DNA of 64,000 nucleotides from Planctomycetota bacterium (GTDB lineage Bacteria; Planctomycetota; UBA8742; UBA2392): NCBI GenBank assembly GCA_019186845.1, contig JABARW010000019.1, positions 1,790 to 65,789 of the forward strand, read 5' to 3'. Shown piece by piece: positions 61,401 to 64,000 of this stretch (position 1 is its first letter; each line of letters starts with the position of its first letter). The notes under the pieces were generated by a model. It saw only the letters and a program-made list of their open reading frames with translations, ran no database searches and was not told where the DNA came from. The position numbers and the translations under genes were made by a program.

Positions 61401-61601
61401 CTGCCGCGCACGACCGCAGAAAAAAGACTGGCCGAACGAATCGCAGCCGGCGCGTCGGCAATCACGGCAGCCAAGAAACGCCTGCGCACGGCCAACCTGG
61501 GCGACAACCAGCGCGTACGCCTCGAACGCGAAGTCGAAACCCAAGATTCCCAAATCAACCGCCTTGTGTGCCAGCTCTACGGCGTTGACCCGCCGGAATA
61601 A
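58434..61601 (+). CDS. type IIG restriction-modification enzyme (fused PD-(D/E)xK nuclease, N6-adenine methyltransferase and target-recognition domain)
   Basis: N-terminal nuclease-like CDYIF..RRFLLEAKKP. SAM motif I VLDPACGSGSFL. Motif IV IIGNPPYIRV. Long C-terminal TaqI/Eco57I-like specificity region ending in a coiled helix. Confidence 0.85.
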   Translation: MPTKEQGRAKVEELVQGFRANLRELRDAQTKEAVIRQQFIDRFWKALGWDVDNSAQKPAGEKDVEIEAGVGTIEDRRFSHRRCDYIFRAGGLRRFLLEAKKPAVSVDDSDAVFQAKTYAWNDQVPFAVLSNFEGFRLFDATAEPSKAHPGRGLIQDFKLGFEDYVNQWDALWATFSREAVEGGSLERLFLKIKGQRAGRRVRTSDRMLFEMRGSAPVDRVFLEHLQAWRERFAKALFRENQSAFPDAETRHGAANLTEAAQRLIDRLVFIRVCEDRDIMEYGRLKQLLEDCRPDELYPRLVEAFRELDTKYNGYLFKPHPLSEALTVDGQLLSDFVRSLYTPEGPYCFDRIGDDILGIIYERFLGRVITVDHGRVSAEQKPEVRHAGGVYYTPRFVVDSIIRRVIGPKIEGKSPREVLKVKVLDPACGSGSFLIAALEFLMRHCANYFRDNPNEAEESQVVNGRRERVRLAFKAPDGDWHLSTEFRAKLLTSCIHGIDIDQQAVEVTVMSLYIKMLEGKLPQQQFLRERMLPPLDNNIRCGNSLIDPQELEDHLDNLHGELFAELTDDEKFRINPFDWKSETKGFGRVFADAQGFDCIIGNPPYIRVQELNQWAPTECEFYKTRFKSCERGNFDIYVAFLERGLELLAPAGLLGFICPHKFWQATYGAGIRKLIAQGKHLRSVVDFGDQQVFEGASTYTAIQILSKNANAGNVRYARVNELSDGPAQCVALDAGKTPEGTASFAAERPATEEPWRFEDRATRDRFNAIREAAPQTLGDVADRMFQGVRTSMNDVYVLSTEGERAGFYYSPHLGEPVKLEAAVLRRFLSGNDMRRYELVPPTSVLLLPYSVTREGAELIPSARFRGEFPHAWAYLERCKDVLRAREDGRHDNENWYGFGRTQNLDLFEKPRLIVGDLILQSSFALDTEGEFGFVSGYGVTLRTEFAEHLELLLGLLNSELLSDFLKGVSTTLRGGWFRTFPQFLKQIPIKLPRTTAEKRLAERIAAGASAITAAKKRLRTANLGDNQRVRLEREVETQDSQINRLVCQLYGVDPPE

Positions 61602-61728
61602 TCCCGGCAAAACTGCGGTTTTGTTGAAAAAGTGGCCGTGGAAGGCCGAATAATCAAGGCTGGCCAGTTACTGACAGTTTTTTACATTTGGTGTACCCTG
61701 TGTAGCCGGCAAAGACAGCCGAGCCGCT

Positions 61729-62559
61729 ATGAAGCACGACACGCCCCGTCCAAGTTTCAAAAACCCGCCGCTCGATGAAGTGGCGCTTGCCGTTGTTTTT
61801 GAACCCATTCCGAAATGGGAAACTCGCCATTTCGCAAAATTGTGGGACGCATTCGCCGGGCAATTCGCAACGTGGGAAGACCACGCGCCGATCAGCAACG
61901 TGATTGAGTCTTTTGCTTTCCCGCCGTTGCAGAACTTCCGGTTTGATATGTCGAACAAACCACCACTTCGCCGCCAGTGGTTTGTCAGCACCGACAAGAC
62001 TGAGTTGGTGCAAGTTCAAAACGACGGACTAGCCCGGAACTGGCGCAGGGTTCGGGGCAGCGAGGTTTACCCTCGATACGAAAATGTTCGCGAGCGGTTT
62101 GCGGCTGACCTCAAGATCTGGCAAAGCGTGCTCAACGCTGAGGGCATCGCCATTCCGGCGATCATTCAATGCGAAGTCACCTATGTAAATCACATGGACG
62201 CTAATGGTGGATGGGGCGGGATTCCCGACGTGCACAATCTGCTAAAACCACTCTCCAAGTCCAACTACTCTTTTCTTGCCAAAGCAGAACAAGACAGCTT
62301 GAAGTGGCAAGGGAGCTACAAGATTCTTGATGATGCAGGAAAGCCCGTTGGGCGACTGTATGCCGAAGCCGAGAACCGAATTCGTATCATGGACCGGACG
62401 CCACTACTCCGACTGGCTCTCGCCGCGCGCGGTAGGCCGATGGGCGATGGACTTGAGGGCGCGTTTAGGTTTCTGGATGAAGGCCGCGAATGGATAGTTC
62501 GCGGGTTTACTGACTTGACGACTGATTCGATGCACAAGAAATGGGGGCGCATCCAATGA
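61729..62559 (+). CDS. TIGR04255-family protein (function unknown)
   Basis: N-terminal FKNPPLDEVALAVVFEP and size (276 aa) match my memory of the TIGR04255 family signature (xxAPLxEAvxxvrF). Confidence 0.7.
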   Translation: MKHDTPRPSFKNPPLDEVALAVVFEPIPKWETRHFAKLWDAFAGQFATWEDHAPISNVIESFAFPPLQNFRFDMSNKPPLRRQWFVSTDKTELVQVQNDGLARNWRRVRGSEVYPRYENVRERFAADLKIWQSVLNAEGIAIPAIIQCEVTYVNHMDANGGWGGIPDVHNLLKPLSKSNYSFLAKAEQDSLKWQGSYKILDDAGKPVGRLYAEAENRIRIMDRTPLLRLALAARGRPMGDGLEGAFRFLDEGREWIVRGFTDLTTDSMHKKWGRIQ

Positions 62560-63092
62560 CGGGAACGCTTTCACTAACTGCAACTTTCGCTCCCACCGAA
62601 TGGTTCCGGCCCAACGACGCAAGTCCCCATAAGGGCGTGAGAATCGCCTCTGGCGGAAGTTCCATTGCAAGTGACGTTGTGCGCAAGGGCGAGCTGCCTG
62701 AAACAGGTCCGCTTCCCCAACCGTGGCTCGAAGCTGTTCCGCAACTTCTGAAAGGGCTATTCGCACACGCTGTGGCAATTGCCGAATTTGAACCTGAACG
62801 CGCGCTTCCGTCTGAGTTGGTGGCAAATCAAATCAATAGTTGGCTTGCTTCACTTGCAGCCAAGTGCCCTGAGTTGCCTGAACCAGAGTTTGTGAGCACG
62901 CCTGACGGCGAAATCCAGTTGAGCTGGTCCAATGCCGGCGCGCATTTCGTCGTTACCAGCCAGTCCGTCTGGAAAGCCAAGGCGCGATACGAAGACCTGA
63001 CAACCCGCAAGGTTGAACGCGCTACGCTCGAATGGGGGGACTGTGGTTCGGCTTTTCCGCTGGTTGAAAAGCTGGTTCGTGGGTTTGCCTAG
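62556..63092 (+). CDS. hypothetical protein, translationally coupled to the TIGR04255 gene
   Basis: ATGA start/stop overlap at 62556-62559. 178 aa. No family recognised. Confidence 0.6.
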   Translation: MTGTLSLTATFAPTEWFRPNDASPHKGVRIASGGSSIASDVVRKGELPETGPLPQPWLEAVPQLLKGLFAHAVAIAEFEPERALPSELVANQINSWLASLAAKCPELPEPEFVSTPDGEIQLSWSNAGAHFVVTSQSVWKAKARYEDLTTRKVERATLEWGDCGSAFPLVEKLVRGFA

Positions 63093-63096
63093 CACA

Positions 63097-63888
63097 ATGG
63101 TCGCAACAACTGCGCCGTTGCCCGAAGGCTCCCAACCTGCAAAGAAACCGGAAGTCTTCTACCATCGCATCCCCCGCAATCAGATAACCCCGACTCCGCC
63201 GCGCGGGATATTCCCCGCTGCGTCGGAATTTCGTCGTTCAGAGAACGACCCAGCGAAGGACGAAGGCGGTATGTCGTGCGGGCAAGGCTCCGTAATACTG
63301 GCGCACGGGCTGACCCCGGAAGAAGCAATGTTGCGCGGCAACAATGCGGACTTCTGGCTGGTTTCGTTCACCGCCGATGATTTGGCAGAAATCAACGCCC
63401 AACTTGGATTGAGGCTTCAGTTCGTCTTGGACACTGATGATCCCAACTTCAAGCCGGACCCGGCGAACCCAACCGATCCTTGGCATGGCAACGTATTCGG
63501 CCTGCCTCCAAACGGTTCTAACGCGCTTGAAGATGTTCAGATTGAATTCGCGCGCCGGGCTGTCTGGAGGAAGCCCCCACATAGCGAGTTGCTTGGGGAG
63601 TGGATTCCTGGCGCGTTAGAGAGAGTCCAGCGCGCAAAGGAACAAAACAAAGTCAATGAATTGAAGAACATGATCGGCATGACCAGCTTGCTGGGGTTCC
63701 CGAATGCAGACACTACGCGCGCCCAATTTGAGGCAATGTTAGCGGACGCTGTCTCGAAGCTGCCACGCAAGGTCCGTTGCGGCTCTTGCAAGGCCGAATT
63801 CAGGGAATCCTTTGCAAAGGATTTGAAAGTGTGCCCGAAGTGCAAGGCTTCCCCTTTCAAGTCCGAGACTATCCCGACGAACGCATAG
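63097..63888 (+). CDS. hypothetical protein with C-terminal CxxC..CxxC zinc ribbon
   Basis: Start MVATTAP, 4 nt after the previous stop. C-terminus VRCGSCKAEFRESFAKDLKVCPKCKASPF. Confidence 0.6.
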   Translation: MVATTAPLPEGSQPAKKPEVFYHRIPRNQITPTPPRGIFPAASEFRRSENDPAKDEGGMSCGQGSVILAHGLTPEEAMLRGNNADFWLVSFTADDLAEINAQLGLRLQFVLDTDDPNFKPDPANPTDPWHGNVFGLPPNGSNALEDVQIEFARRAVWRKPPHSELLGEWIPGALERVQRAKEQNKVNELKNMIGMTSLLGFPNADTTRAQFEAMLADAVSKLPRKVRCGSCKAEFRESFAKDLKVCPKCKASPFKSETIPTNA

Positions 63889-63940
63889 CGAAACGGACGT
63901 TCGCGAGAGACCACCATTTCAGCGCATTCAGGCGCTACAT

Positions 63941-63963
63941 TGTTGGCTTTGATGTTGGCGCGC
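63941..63963 (+). repeat. right copy of the exact 23-bp direct repeat (candidate att site)
   Basis: TGTTGGCTTTGATGTTGGCGCGC, identical to 52486..52508. An ATG follows 33 nt later at 63997, at the window edge. Confidence 0.85.
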
Positions 63964-64000
63964 GAATCTCAAGTGCCTCAAACGCAAAACGCCGCGATGG

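Larger units (their letters stand above)
52486..63963 (+). mobile_element. about 11.5-kb integrative element (integrase, excisionase-like HTH, primase module, RM and unknown cargo) bracketed by 23-bp direct repeats
   Basis: Direct repeats at both ends. The integrase lies just inside the left repeat. All ten genes are on one strand. A tRNA 3' fragment lies 135 nt to the left. The DNA is visibly more AT-rich than the flanking core genes (impression, not computed). Confidence 0.6.

Overview
This is a high-GC bacterial chromosomal window. Most of it is housekeeping genes (carB, purA, lysS, proS, rph, panD, trmB, acpS, yggS, a DEAD-box helicase, an ABC exporter and others), with accessory DNA at both ends.

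Left end: a large Cas9 gene on the minus strand (1..3978) is missing from the supplied ORF track because its frame runs off the window edge. I translated it by hand and read the RuvC-I, bridge-helix, RuvC-II, HNH and RuvC-III motifs. Upstream and divergent from it is an orphan promoter plus a strong intrinsic terminator with no CDS between them. I read this as a candidate tracrRNA. No CRISPR array, cas1 or cas2 lies in the window; if present, they would be left of position 1.

Next to the Cas9 locus is a thiol/sulfur redox cluster. It includes a rhodanese gene with two in-frame TGA codons inside its active-site loop, so it is either a candidate selenoprotein or a pseudogene.

Right end (about 52.3 kb to the window end): an integrated element sits beside a 45-nt 3' fragment of a tRNA(CAU) gene. 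An exact 23-bp direct repeat (52486..52508 and 63941..63963) brackets about 11.5 kb. This stretch encodes a tyrosine integrase, an excisionase-like HTH protein, a TOPRIM-DUF3987 primase-like protein with a separately encoded primase zinc ribbon, a single-chain type IIG restriction-modification enzyme, and a tightly coupled three-gene operon (a TIGR04255-family protein plus two unknown proteins). That operon is my best candidate for an undescribed defence-type module.

Other points: a palindromic operator-like site occurs three times in the element; there is one frameshifted secreted-protein gene; and an amber-interrupted gene remnant lies next to about 620 nt of non-coding DNA. The many long ORFs antisense to real genes are high-GC shadow ORFs and were rejected.
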